The position numbers and the translations under genes were made by a program. A model generated the notes under the pieces. The model saw only the letters and a list, made by a program, of their open reading frames with translations. It was not told where the DNA came from and ran no database searches. This document shows positions 13,670 to 24,836 of a DNA stretch of 64,000 nt, in pieces (positions within the stretch are counted from its first letter, which is position 1; each line of letters starts with the position of its first letter). Source of the DNA: Octopus sinensis (taxonomy: Eukaryota); assembly GCF_006345805.1 (NCBI RefSeq), contig NW_021833924.1:29337-93336 (forward strand). Direction: 5' to 3'.

Positions 13670-13700
<31 letters not shown>

Positions 13701-14218
13701 GTATCTATGTATGTATGTATGTGTGTAAGTATCTATGTATGTATGTACGTATGTGTGTGTGTATGTATGTGTGTACGTATGTGTGTATGTATGTGTGTAT
13801 GTATGTGTGTATTTATGTATGTATGTATGTATGTGTGTGTGATGTATGTATGTATGTGTGTATGTATGTATGTGTGTATGTGTGTATGTATGTATGTATG
13901 TATGTATGTATGTATGTATGCATGTATGTATGTATGTATGTATGTGTGTATGTGTGTATGTATGCATGTATGTGTGTATGTATTTATTTATTTATGTATG
14001 TATGTGTGTATGTCAATGAAGTAGATACGTTTTAATTAATGTGTGTATGTGTATATGTTTGTGAATGTATGTATGTATTTTAATTGATGTGTGTGTGTGT
14101 GTAGGTGCGAATGTATATATATACCTGTCTGTTTTGTCGCTGTGCTTAGCTGTAAATTCTCTCTTGTGACTATATATATATATATGTATGTATGTATGTA
14201 TATGTTGCTAGGATTGCG

Positions 14219-14265
<47 letters not shown>

Positions 14266-14446
14266 CTCTCTTTCTATATATATATATAATATATATATAT
14301 ATACGTTTTTATCAGTAATTGGTAGAAGTTATAGTGATTCAACGGCCGAGAGTTTCGTTATATATTATATTCTATATATATATTGTATATTTTACTGTAT
14401 ATACGGAAACCGATCACACACACACACTACACAATGCTTGTGAGTG

Positions 14447-14479
<33 letters not shown>

Positions 14480-14566
14480 CATACATCTGTGTGTATTAAC
14501 CACCAATAGGGCTTTAGCATTGAGGAGAGAAAGGACGAACAATTCATATACATATATGTGTGTGTG

Positions 14567-14607
<41 letters not shown>

Positions 14608-14931
14608 GCATACAATACGTACGTAATGTGAGTAGCTAGGTTTATAATACAAGCTATGTCCTCGTGAGTAATATATATATACAGACAGACAGATATATCT
14701 TTTAGCTCATTGCTGATTGTAGCAATAATATATTTATACATCTATGTAGTCACAAGAGCACATATCTATCTATCTACCTACCCATCTATATATCTTTCTA
14801 TCTCTATATCTATATACGTACGTATGTACGTACGTACGTACGTACGAACGTTTGTTCGTTTATCGAGTTGGTTCGTATATGCAGCCGCTTAACGCGTTGA
14901 GAGAGAGAGAGAGAGTGTGTGTATATATATA

Positions 14932-14965
<34 letters not shown>

Positions 14966-15057
14966 TATGCATATACTACATATGTGTAGTAGCAAGCCTT
15001 ATGTATATCACTGCATATTTGTTGCACACTATATAACCTTGCGTTATATATATATAG

Positions 15058-15092
<35 letters not shown>

Positions 15093-15266
15093 GTATGTAT
15101 GTATGTATATATATGTATGTAGTATATATATGTATGTGTGTGTGTATGTATGTATGTATGTGTGATTGTGTGTATGTATGTATGTATGTATGTATGTATG
15201 TATGTATGTATGTATGTATATATGTATGTATGTATGTATATATGTATGTATGTATATGTATGTATA

Positions 15267-15297
<31 letters not shown>

Positions 15298-15619
15298 GTA
15301 TGTATATATATATATGTATGTATATATGTATGTATGTATGTATATGTATGTATATATATATGTATGTATGTGTGCGTGTATGTATCTGTGCATGGTGTCT
15401 GTGTGTCGAAATAGAGTTCGTATCGTACGTATGTATGCGTGTATAGATACATGTGTGTGTACATATGTGCATGTATGTATGTATGTATGTATGTATGTGT
15501 TTCTATGTTGAAAGTCTGGCTGCGTATACCTACCTGTTAATTTCCCCCCGTCCGTCCGTATGTGTGTGTGTGTGTGTGTGTGTTTGCGGGCTTCTAACCG
15601 TTCATACGTATCTATCGTT

Positions 15620-15659
<40 letters not shown>

Positions 15660-15792
15660 AGTGTGTGTGTGTGTGTATATATACCTGTATATGTATGTAT
15701 CTACCTGTTTGTGTCGTTACATCTGTTCGTCGGTTTAATGATAACATTAATACGTTTATTGCATATACAGGTGCTCAGGTGCACGACACAGA

Positions 15793-15844
<52 letters not shown>

Positions 15845-16009
15845 GAGGTCCAGCTGTCTACTTAGTCTCTCTGTCTGTTAGTCTCTCTGTCTGTTAGTCT
15901 GTCTGTCCATCTATTTATCTATCTGTCTGTCTGTCTGTCTGTCTGTATCTTTCTATCTACCTATCTATATGTATGTATGTATGTATCTATCTATCTATCT
16001 GTCTAGTTC

Positions 16010-16045
<36 letters not shown>

Positions 16046-16108
16046 CCAACCCGTCTACCTACCTACCTATCTATATGTATGTATGTATGTATGTATGTAT
16101 CTATCTAC

Positions 16109-16170
<62 letters not shown>

Positions 16171-16477
16171 GTCTGCATGTCTGTCTAGTTCTCTGTCTGT
16201 CTGTCTGTCTGTCTGTCTACCAACCCGTCTACCTACCTACCTAGCTATATTCCCACGCCATAATTCTATCTATTTACCTGTCTATCTCTATTTCTCTCTC
16301 TCTCTCCCTCTCTGTCTACCTACCTCTGTATCTATCTATCTATCTGTCTGTCTATCTATCTCTCTTCTCTCTCTCTCTTTACCTATCCATCCGTCTGTCT
16401 GTCTGTCTGTTTGTCTATCTTTCTATCTTCCTACATACATACCTGTCTGTCTGTCTGTCTGTCTATCTATAAATAAT

Positions 16478-16570
16478 AATAATAATTGTGTACAGTGCTC
16501 AGGTGCACTACAACTCATCTAAAGTGTATATATAATCAGGTGTAGTTTCGACGGATTTCGGGAAGCATGA
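16478..16570 (-). mobile_element. CR1/L2-type LINE 3' end fragment
   Basis: Minus strand reads MLPEIRRNYT* then ...gtgcacctgagcactgtacacaatt(att)n, homologous to 61543-61860. Confidence 0.6.
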
Positions 16571-17390
16571 TCTATCTACCTACCTACCTACCTCTCTATC
16601 TCTCTCTCTCTCTCTATCTATACTATTCAGTCTTTAAGTAAGGAATTATTTCAAATTTTGGCACAGGGCCAGCAATTTTGTGGGAACGGGGTAAGTCTAC
16701 TGCATCGACCCCAGTGCATAACTGGTACTTATTTCATATTCCCCATAGAATGAAAGTGAAAGGCTAAGTCGACCTCAGCAGAATTTGAACCCAGAACGTG
16801 CAGACAGACAAAACGCTGTTAAGCAATTTGCCCCGGCATGCTAACAATCCTACCAGTTTGCCACCGTAATCATCATCATCATCATCATCATCGTTTAACG
16901 TCTGTTTTCCATGCTAGCACGGGTTGGACGGTTCAACTGGGGTCTGGGAAGACAGAAGGCTGCACCAGGCTCCAGTCTTATCTGGCAATGTTTCTACAGC
17001 TGGATGCCCTTCCTAACACCAGCCACTCCGAGAGTGTAGTGGGTGCTTTTTATGTGCCACCTGCACAGGTGCCAGACGAGGCTGGCAAACGGCCACGATC
17101 GGATGGTGCTTTTTACGTGCCACCGGCACGGAGGCCAGTCAGGGCGGCGCTGGCAATGGTCACGTTTGGATGGTTCTCTTACGTGCCACCAGCACTGGTA
17201 TCACAGCTACAATTTCCATTGATGTCGAAAGATTTTGATTTCGATTTTCACTTGCCTCAACAGGTCTTCATAAGTAGGGTTTGTGTCACAAGAAGGAAAG
17301 GTATGCATAAGTGGGCTGGCTACGTCCCAGGTATAGGTCACGGGTTATGGTCTCACTTGTCCTGCCGGGTCTTCCCACGCACAGCATACT

Positions 17391-17426
<36 letters not shown>

Positions 17427-17650
17427 CCTTTCTACTCTACGCACAAGGCCTGGAATTTGTGGGGAGGAGTATAGTCGATTACATTGACCCCAGTACAGAA
17501 CTGGTACTTAATTTATCGGCCCTGAAAGGATGAAAGGCAAGATCAATCTTGGCAGAATTTGAACTCAGAACATAGTGACGGACGAAATACTGCCAAGCAT
17601 TTCACCCAGCGTGCTAACGATTCTGCCAGCTTGCCCCCTTAATAATAATG

Positions 17651-17689
<39 letters not shown>

Positions 17690-17692
<3 letters not shown>

Positions 17693-18250
17693 GCCCTGAT
17701 GCAGTACCAGGCAGTGGCTCTCATGGCTTCTGATCTTAACTGATTGGAAGTGTTATCATGTACATTGTTTTGTCTTGGTATAAAAGATGGGCTACAGCAA
17801 ATATTCTGCTCAATACCACAGATTTGCTTGTCAGTTGTTTGACCTTAACCAGTTGAGCATGTCCCTTGGTGGCTGACGATATGTGCATCTCTGATCACGA
17901 GCAGAAGTAGTGGGAGAGCATCATAGCCATGTGTTGAGAGGGATTCTTAGAGGTTTGAATAATTCACGTTTGGAAACATGGGTGGTTCTTTCAACATCCT
18001 TAAACAACCCTTATTCAAGGACCTTTTGAGCGGGATGGGCTACTCGACCAGAAGAAAATTCTAACTGGGCCCCACCTGCAAGGTCAAGTGCTGTTTATCT
18101 TTTAATGAGATCATAATGTCGCGCACATATGGTTGTGATGCATGTGCCTGGTGTGCCTTTATCAGACGGGTAGTCATGATGGGTATACTGGGCTTCGTAT
18201 ATTTTACCCAAGTGTCACTTTGATGGCATGAACTGCTCTCTCACTCAATA
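17690..18250 (+). mobile_element. Unclassified ~560-bp interspersed element bounded by (AAT)n
   Basis: Near-identical inverted copy at about 45355-45915 and a partial copy at 18330-18495. Confidence 0.75.
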
Positions 18251-18271
18251 ATAATAATAATAATAATGATA

Positions 18272-18306
<35 letters not shown>

Positions 18307-18907
18307 GATAATAATAATAATAATAATAAATGCCCTGATGCAGTACCAGGCAGTGGCTCTCATGGCTTCTGATCTTAACTGACTGGAAGTGTTATCATGT
18401 ACATTGTTTTGTCTTGGTATAAAAGATGGGCTACAGCAAATATTCTGCTCAATACCACAGATTTGCTTGTCAGTTGTTTGACCTTAACCAGTTGACCAGG
18501 GTCTGGGAAGCCAGGAGGCTGCACCAGGCTCCAGTCTGATCTAGCAGAGATTCTACAGCTGGATGCCCCTCCTAAAGCCAACTACAGAGTGTAGTGGGTG
18601 CTTTTTATGTGCCACTGGCACAAGGGCCAACCAGGTAGTAGTGGCATCAATCACGCTCAAATGGTGCTTTCTCTGTGCCACTTGTGCAGGGGCCGGTCAG
18701 GTAGCACTGGCAATGACCACGCTTGAATGGTGCTTCTTATGTGCCAATGTTCTGCAGTGTAAGGATTAAAAGCTTGAAAAGTCTTGCGTTGCCCGACAGA
18801 ATGTGAGAGAGGATGTTGGTGTTTTAGGAGGGAAATGTGGCTGCATGGATGATGGCTATGTATATATATATATCTGTATGTATGTATGTATGTGTGTATA
18901 TATATAT

Positions 18908-19160
18908 ATTAAAAGGCCTCTAAAAGAAGAAGCAAGTACTAGATACACAAAAACTGCAGTATAAGATGAGCCGAGTTTGTAAACGTTTTTGATTTTCATT
19001 TCATTGAATTTATCCACTTTTTGTGTATCTAGTACTTGCTTCTTCTTTTAGAGGCCTTTTAATGTACTTATATATGAATAACATATAGTCTAATGGCTAA
19101 TTAGTCTTTTGTGCTAGATCACTGGTAATAATAATTTATTTTATTACCCTTTTTACTATA
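18908..19160. mobile_element. Fold-back (46-bp arms, 64-bp spacer) plus shared Penelope-like terminal motif
   Basis: 18908-18953 is the reverse complement of 19018-19063; followed by tatatgaata..tagtctaat..gtgctag..actggtaataataatt, also seen inverted at about 21850-21920, 30900-30960 and 34310-34370. Confidence 0.6.
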
Positions 19161-19177
19161 TACATATATATATATAT

Positions 19178-19390
19178 ACTAATTAAGGGTTTAGCAATGA
19201 TTTGCCTCACCACACACCGAATTTAGAAATAGCAGTCAAAGAGTTATAGCTATTCTTTCTACTGAAAGGGAGATCTCAGTAAAACCACATTGAGATCTCC
19301 CTTTTAGTAGAAAGAATAGCTATAACTCTTTGACTGCTATTTCTAAATTCGGTGTGTGGTGAGGCAAATCGTTGCTAAACCTTAATTAGT
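19178..19390. mobile_element. Fold-back element, ~100-bp arms, 12-nt loop
   Basis: actaattaagg...gggagatctca / tgagatctccc...ccttaattagt. Confidence 0.7.
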
Positions 19391-19794
19391 ATTACTTAAA
19401 CTTTCCTCGAATGAGGCTTTTACATGCCGAAATCTGCTTGGTGAAATTAATGATTATTCCAAATTAATTAATTTCACCCTATATTATTACTGATATATAT
19501 ATATAATATATATATATATAATATATATATATATATATAATAAATAAATAAAATATATACTGTATACATACATACATATATGTACATACTTACATCTACA
19601 TGTATATATACATGCATATATGTATATATATGAGTACAGGACACCACAAATAAACGTAGAACACGACGCGAAACAAAAACATAAAATCAAACAAGGAAAC
19701 GGACTTTTTTTCAACAACGAAAAAACAGAGTACAGGACAAACAATACAAGGAAATTGCCCTTCATCAGCTGCCCCTGGTTCGACTCAATGCGTG

Positions 19795-19835
<41 letters not shown>

Positions 19836-19839
<4 letters not shown>

Positions 19840-20046
19840 CTAATTATAACAAAGAGGGTCTTTGCAACAAGTTGTTAGACCACATACCAAAAGTATTAGA
19901 AATAGCAGCCAGAGGACTGTTATTTCTTTTACTACAAAAGAAATAACAGTAAAAGAAAAATACAGTCCTCTGGCTGCTATTTCTAATTCTTTCGGTATGT
20001 GGTCTAGCAACTTGTTGCAAAGACCCTCATTGTTATAATTAGATAT
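19836..20046. mobile_element. Fold-back element, ~95-bp arms
   Basis: atatctaattataac...gaggactg / cagtcctc...gttataattagatat. Confidence 0.7.
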
Positions 20047-20165
20047 AATTTTACCGAATATGGTCCTTTTCCATACCGAAAAATTACTTGGTGAAATTTG
20101 TTGATTTTATTAAATTAATTATATTTCACCCTTTATCTGTACTATATATATATATATATCTGTAT

Positions 20166-20200
<35 letters not shown>

Positions 20201-20248
20201 ATCTCATCATCGTTTAACATCCATTCTCCATGCTAGGATGGGTTGGAC

Positions 20249-20723
20249 ATGCATAAGATCTGGTCATCAAATCTAAGTAGGGACTTCAAACTTGAAATAT
20301 TCAAAGCCACAGTCGAACCAATTCTACTATATGGCTCAGAAACCTGGACGTTATCAAAGAAGCTTGAGAGGCGGTTGGATGGAACCTACACTCGCCTCCT
20401 TATGAGAGCTCAAAATCTCTTGTGGAAGTGCCATCCAACCAAAATGCAAATATATGGGAAACTACCACCTGTGTCATCTCTTGTGAAGGGTAGGAGAGTC
20501 CAGTTTACTGGACATTGTTGTAGAGCTGAAAAAGAAGTAATTTCTACTCTTCTCCTCTGGAAGCCATCTACTCGCAATACCTGAGGGTGCACACTCTCCT
20601 ACCCTGATGTAATCTCCAGGGATACAGGCATCCAGCAACAGGACCTCCGTAATGCTATGATGGACAGTGAAGTCTGGCGTAACATAGTAAATTCCATTGT
20701 CTCGACCACGGTCGAACGGTCGA
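20249..20723 (+). mobile_element. Second 5'-truncated RTE LINE copy with 11-bp TSD
   Basis: MHKIWSSNLSRDFKLEIFKATVEPILLYGSETW...; flanked by ATGGGTTGGAC at 20238-20248 and 20724-20734. Confidence 0.85.
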
Positions 20724-22021
20724 ATGGGTTGGACGGTTCGACCGGGGTCTGGGAAGCCAGGAGGCTGCACCAGGCTCCAAACTCGATCTGACAGTGTTTC
20801 TACTGCTGGATTTTCTTCCTAACGCCAACCACTCCGTGAGGGTAGTGGGTGCTTTTTACATGCCACCGGCACAGGTGCCAGGGGAGGCTGGCAGCAGCCA
20901 CGATCGGTTGGTGCTTTTTACGTGGCACCGGCACAGGTATCACAACTACAATTTCCAGTTGATGTACTTGACTCAATAGGCCTCCTCAAGCGCAGCAGGT
21001 TTCATTTGGCAGGGTTTCTACAGGCCTTCCTACCATCAGCAACCTTACAGAATGCACTGTAAGCATTTTAAGCATTTTATCATAGCTCCTGCATTGGTTC
21101 TGGGTTCAATCCTACTTCAGTGCACCTTAAGCAAGTATTTTCTGTGACCTCAGGCCAACCAAAGCCTTGTGAGTGGATTTGGTAGACAGAAATTGAAAGA
21201 AGCCCATCGTGTGTGTGTGTGTGTATATATATATCATCATTTAACATCCGCTTTCCATGCTAGCATGGGTTGGACGGTTCAACTGGGGTCTGGGGAGCCC
21301 GAAGGCTGCACCAGGCCAGTCAGATCTGGCAGTGTTTCTACAGCTGGATGCCCTTCCTAACGCCAACCACTCCGAGAGTGTAGTGGGTGATTTTATGTGC
21401 CACCGACACAGGTGCCAGACGAGGCTGGCGAACGGCCACGCTCGGATGGTGTTTTTTATGTGCCACTGACACAGGTGCCAGACGAGGCTGGCAGACGGCC
21501 ATGCTCGGATGGTGTTTTTATGTGCCACCAACACAGGTGCCAGATGAGGCTGGCGAATGGCCACGATCGGATGGTTTTCTTGTGTGCCACCGGCACTGGT
21601 ACCACAAAGATACAAATTCCATTGACGGAGGCCAGTCGATGCGGTACTGGCTACGGCCACGTTCGGATGGTTTTCTTGTGTGCCACCGGCACTGGTACCA
21701 CAAAGATACAAATTCCATTGATGTTCATCTATTTTGATTTGATTTGATTTTCACTTGCCTCAACAGGTCTTCACAAGTGTCACAAGAAGGAAGGTATGCA
21801 CAGGTGGACTGACTACGTCATATATCTAATAAAATTGGGTAATAATAAATTATTATTACCAGTAGCCTAGCACAAAAAACGAATTAGTCATTAGACTATA
21901 TATTATTCATATAGAAATACAATAAAAGGCTTCCAAATAAGGGAGCATTGTGCTAGAACACAAAAAAGGGATAAATTCACGAAAGGAATGAAAGTTAAAA
22001 ACATTTACCATCTCAACTATA

Positions 22022-22090
22022 TCCCAGACTGACGGTTTCTAACTATTTCCAGCAAAAAAATATTTGCGAAGGCCAGTTTCTTCAGTGGGA
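22022..22090 (-). ncRNA. Type-I hammerhead ribozyme-like motif within a Penelope-like fragment (about 21830-22242)
   Basis: Minus strand: TCCCA-CTGAAGA-AACT..AGTT(A)-GAAAC-CGTCA-GTC-TGGGA; perfect 5-bp stem I, extra A at the base of stem II. Confidence 0.5.
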
Positions 22091-22242
22091 CAGCATTCAT
22101 AATCCTGACGTACAGACTGTTAGATCCACATGTAGATCTAACGGTTTGTAAATCCTAACTTTTCAAACCTCTCCGCAGACGCAAATCATACCCGGCAACA
22201 TAGAAGATGCCGGTAAAAATTTTGAACAAATTTATCAAACAA

Positions 22243-22755
22243 CTAGCAGTATCGCCCGGCGTCGCTCGGGTTTGTAAGGGAAATAACTATATAAGCATTT
22301 TTAGAGAGTTACTTCCCTTATAGATGCCAATTCGGGCTTTCTTAGCCATTTCTGTTTTGGTGTCTTCAAGCCATGAAGTCGTTGTTCTAAAAGAACGCTG
22401 GTCTCCTTGACAACGCATTATGACGTTGATTTCTTTACACTCCCTTCCCCACAGCTTCACGAGGGAGGGAAGAAGGGGGAGAAGCAAACAGGTGCAGGTG
22501 TGACCGTGGACGCCAACTCCGCCGCCATCGACACATGAAAGATTATGCATTAAAATGGAATAAAAAATGATGTTAAATTATTTTTTAAATCATAGACTCA
22601 TCGTAGACGCGCGCTAATACCCAGACGGGCTCGATATGAATGACGACTATAAGATACCCAAATTTGGTTAAACTGCACCGCAAAATGTGGGAGTAGTTAG
22701 GAATCTAAATCGAAGGGGACAGACACTCACACAACTACAGTTTTATATATATAGA
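22243..22755 (-). mobile_element. Non-autonomous Helitron (513 bp)
   Basis: Minus strand begins TCTATATATATAAAA and ends with a GC hairpin (cccgagc..ccggg) plus CTAG; inserted between A and T without a TSD. Confidence 0.8.
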
Positions 22756-23704
22756 TATTTAAACATAATAAAATAGGGTAATAATATATAGGTGCAGGTG
22801 TGGTTGAGTGGTAAGAAGCTTGTTTACCAACTACATGGTTCTGGGTTCAGTCCCACTCCATTGCATCTTGGGCAGGTATCTTCTGCTATAGTCTCGGGAT
22901 GACTAAAGCCTTATGAGTGGATTTGACAGATGGAAACTGAAAGAAGCCTGTCATATATATATGTGAGTGTGTCTTTGTGTCTGTGTTTGTGCCCACCCCC
23001 ACATCATGGCATAGTGGTTAGTGTAGTGGACTCGCAGTCGAGGGATCGTGGGTGTTTATGAGCGAAAACACCTAAGCTCCACGCGGCTCCGGCAGAAGGT
23101 AATGGCGAAACTTCTGCTGACTCTTTTGCCCCAACTTTCTCTCACTCTTTCTTCCTCCATCTTGCAGCTCACCTGCGACGGACCGGCGTCCCGTCCAGGT
23201 GGGGAACCTATACGCCAAGGAAACCAGGAAACCGGCCCTTAAGGGCCAGGCGTGGCTCGAGAAGGAACAAACAAATCAACAAACCCCGCATCATTGCTTG
23301 ACAACCGGTGTTGGTGTGTTTACATCTCTGTAACTCAGTTCAGCAAAAAAAAAAGACCCCTAGAATAGGGACCAAACATAATTAAAATAAATATTGGGGG
23401 TGATTGATTCAACTAAAATTTCATCAATCTGGTGCTCCAGCATGGCCGCAGTCTAAGGACTGAGACAAGTAATAGAAGAAAAAAAAACGTGCTACCATCT
23501 TCAAGTGGTGTCCTTCATTTCCAGTCTTCCGTGAAAACATGTCTGGCCATGGGGTGATATTTATTACCTCCCTTGGAAACGTAAGGGTTGGTTACAGGAA
23601 AGGCAACCATCTGCAGAAAATCTGCCTCAACAAACTGTATCTCGAAAAGTGGACGTTAACCCTTTTGTCACCATATTTCTGTGGAGATGTTCTGTGTTTC
23701 TTTC

Positions 23705-24229
23705 ATCATCATCATCGTTTAACGTCCCCTTTCCATGCTAGCATGGGTTGGACGGTTCGACCAGGGATCTGGGAAGCCAGGAGGCTGCACCAGGCTCCAG
23801 TCTGATCTGGCAGTGTTTCTACAGCTGGATGCCCTTCCTAATGCCAACCACTCCATGAATGTAGTGGGTGCTACATATATATATATCTCATCATCGTTTA
23901 ATGTCCATTTTCCATGCTAGCATGGGTTGGACGGTTCAACTGGGGATCTGGGAAGCCAGGAGGCTGCACCAGGCTCCAGTCTGATCTGGCAGTGTTTCTA
24001 CAGCTGGATGCCCTTCCTAATGCCAACCACTCCATGAATGTAGTGGGTGCTACATATATATATATCTCATCATCGTTTAATGTCCATTTTCCATGCTAGC
24101 ATGGGTTGGACGGTTCAACTGGGGATCTGGGAAGCCAGGAGGCTGCACCAGGCTCCAGTCTGATCTGGCAGTGTTTCTACAGCTGGATGCCCTTCCTAAT
24201 GCCAACCACTCCATGAATGTAGTGGGTGC

Positions 24230-24235
<6 letters not shown>
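23705..24235 (-). repeat. 3 x 179-bp tandem copies of an abundant element with (ATG)n tail
   Basis: Minus strand has gcattaggaagggcatccagctgtagaaa...ccaacccatgctagcatggaaa.ggac.ttaaacgatgatg. Dispersed copies at about 870-1100, 16880-17390, 21235-21830, 48110-48420, 51120-51560, 51930-52235, 54990-55600. Confidence 0.8.
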
Positions 24236-24278
<43 letters not shown>

Positions 24279-24766
24279 CTTTACTACCCACAAGGGGCTA
24301 AACATAGAGGGGACAAACAAGGACAGACAAACGGATTAAGTCGATTACATCAACCCCAGTGCGTAACTGGTACTTAATTTATCGACCCCGAAAGGATGAA
24401 AGGCAAAGTCGACCTCGGCGGAATTTGAACACAGAACGCAACGACAGACGCAATACCGCTAAGCATTTCGCCCGGTGTGCTAACGTTTCTGCCAGCTCGT
24501 CGCCTATCATCGTTTAATGTCCGTTTTCCATGCTAGCATGGGTTGGACGGTTCGACCGGGGATCTGGGAAGCCAGGAGGCTGCACCAGGCTCCAGTCTGA
24601 TCTGGCAGTGTTTCTACAGCTGGATGCCCTTCCTAATGCCAACCACTCCGTGAGTGTAGTGGGTGCTTTTTACGTTTCAGGCGAGGCTGGCAACAGCCAC
24701 GATCGGATTGGTGTTTTTTATGTGCCACCGGCACGGAAGCCAGTCAATGTGGCGCAAAAAATTATC

Positions 24767-24836
24767 TGTCAGAAGTGGGATTCGAACCCACTATGCTCCT
24801 TGAGTCTGGTGCCTTAGACCGCTCGGCCATCCTGAT
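24767..24836 (-). pseudogene. tRNA-Leu(CAA) pseudogene with internal deletion
   Basis: Minus strand TCAGGATGGCCGAGCGGTCTAAGGCACCAGACTCAAG-gagcata-GTGGGTTCGAATCCCACTTCTGACA matches eukaryotic tRNA-Leu(CAA) 5' and 3' halves; 3' anticodon stem and variable arm are missing. Confidence 0.75.

Larger units (their letters stand above)
5340..16620. repeat. Microsatellite-dominated zone: (AT)n, (GT)n, (ACT)n, (AG)n, (ATCT)n, (ATGT)n
   Basis: Directly visible; source of most [16 protein letters not shown] ORFs in the track. Confidence 0.95.

Noticed and set aside
19740-19780. Minus-strand CTGATGA hammerhead start
   Set aside because: GAAA core is missing after stem II; relic only.
19395-20095. GGC..GCC-GAAA and GGT..ACC-GAAA motifs after two fold-backs
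   Set aside because: No CUGANGA core can be assigned; treated as element termini.
22287-22550. ORF inside the Helitron as a captured gene
   Set aside because: No recognisable domain or splice structure.
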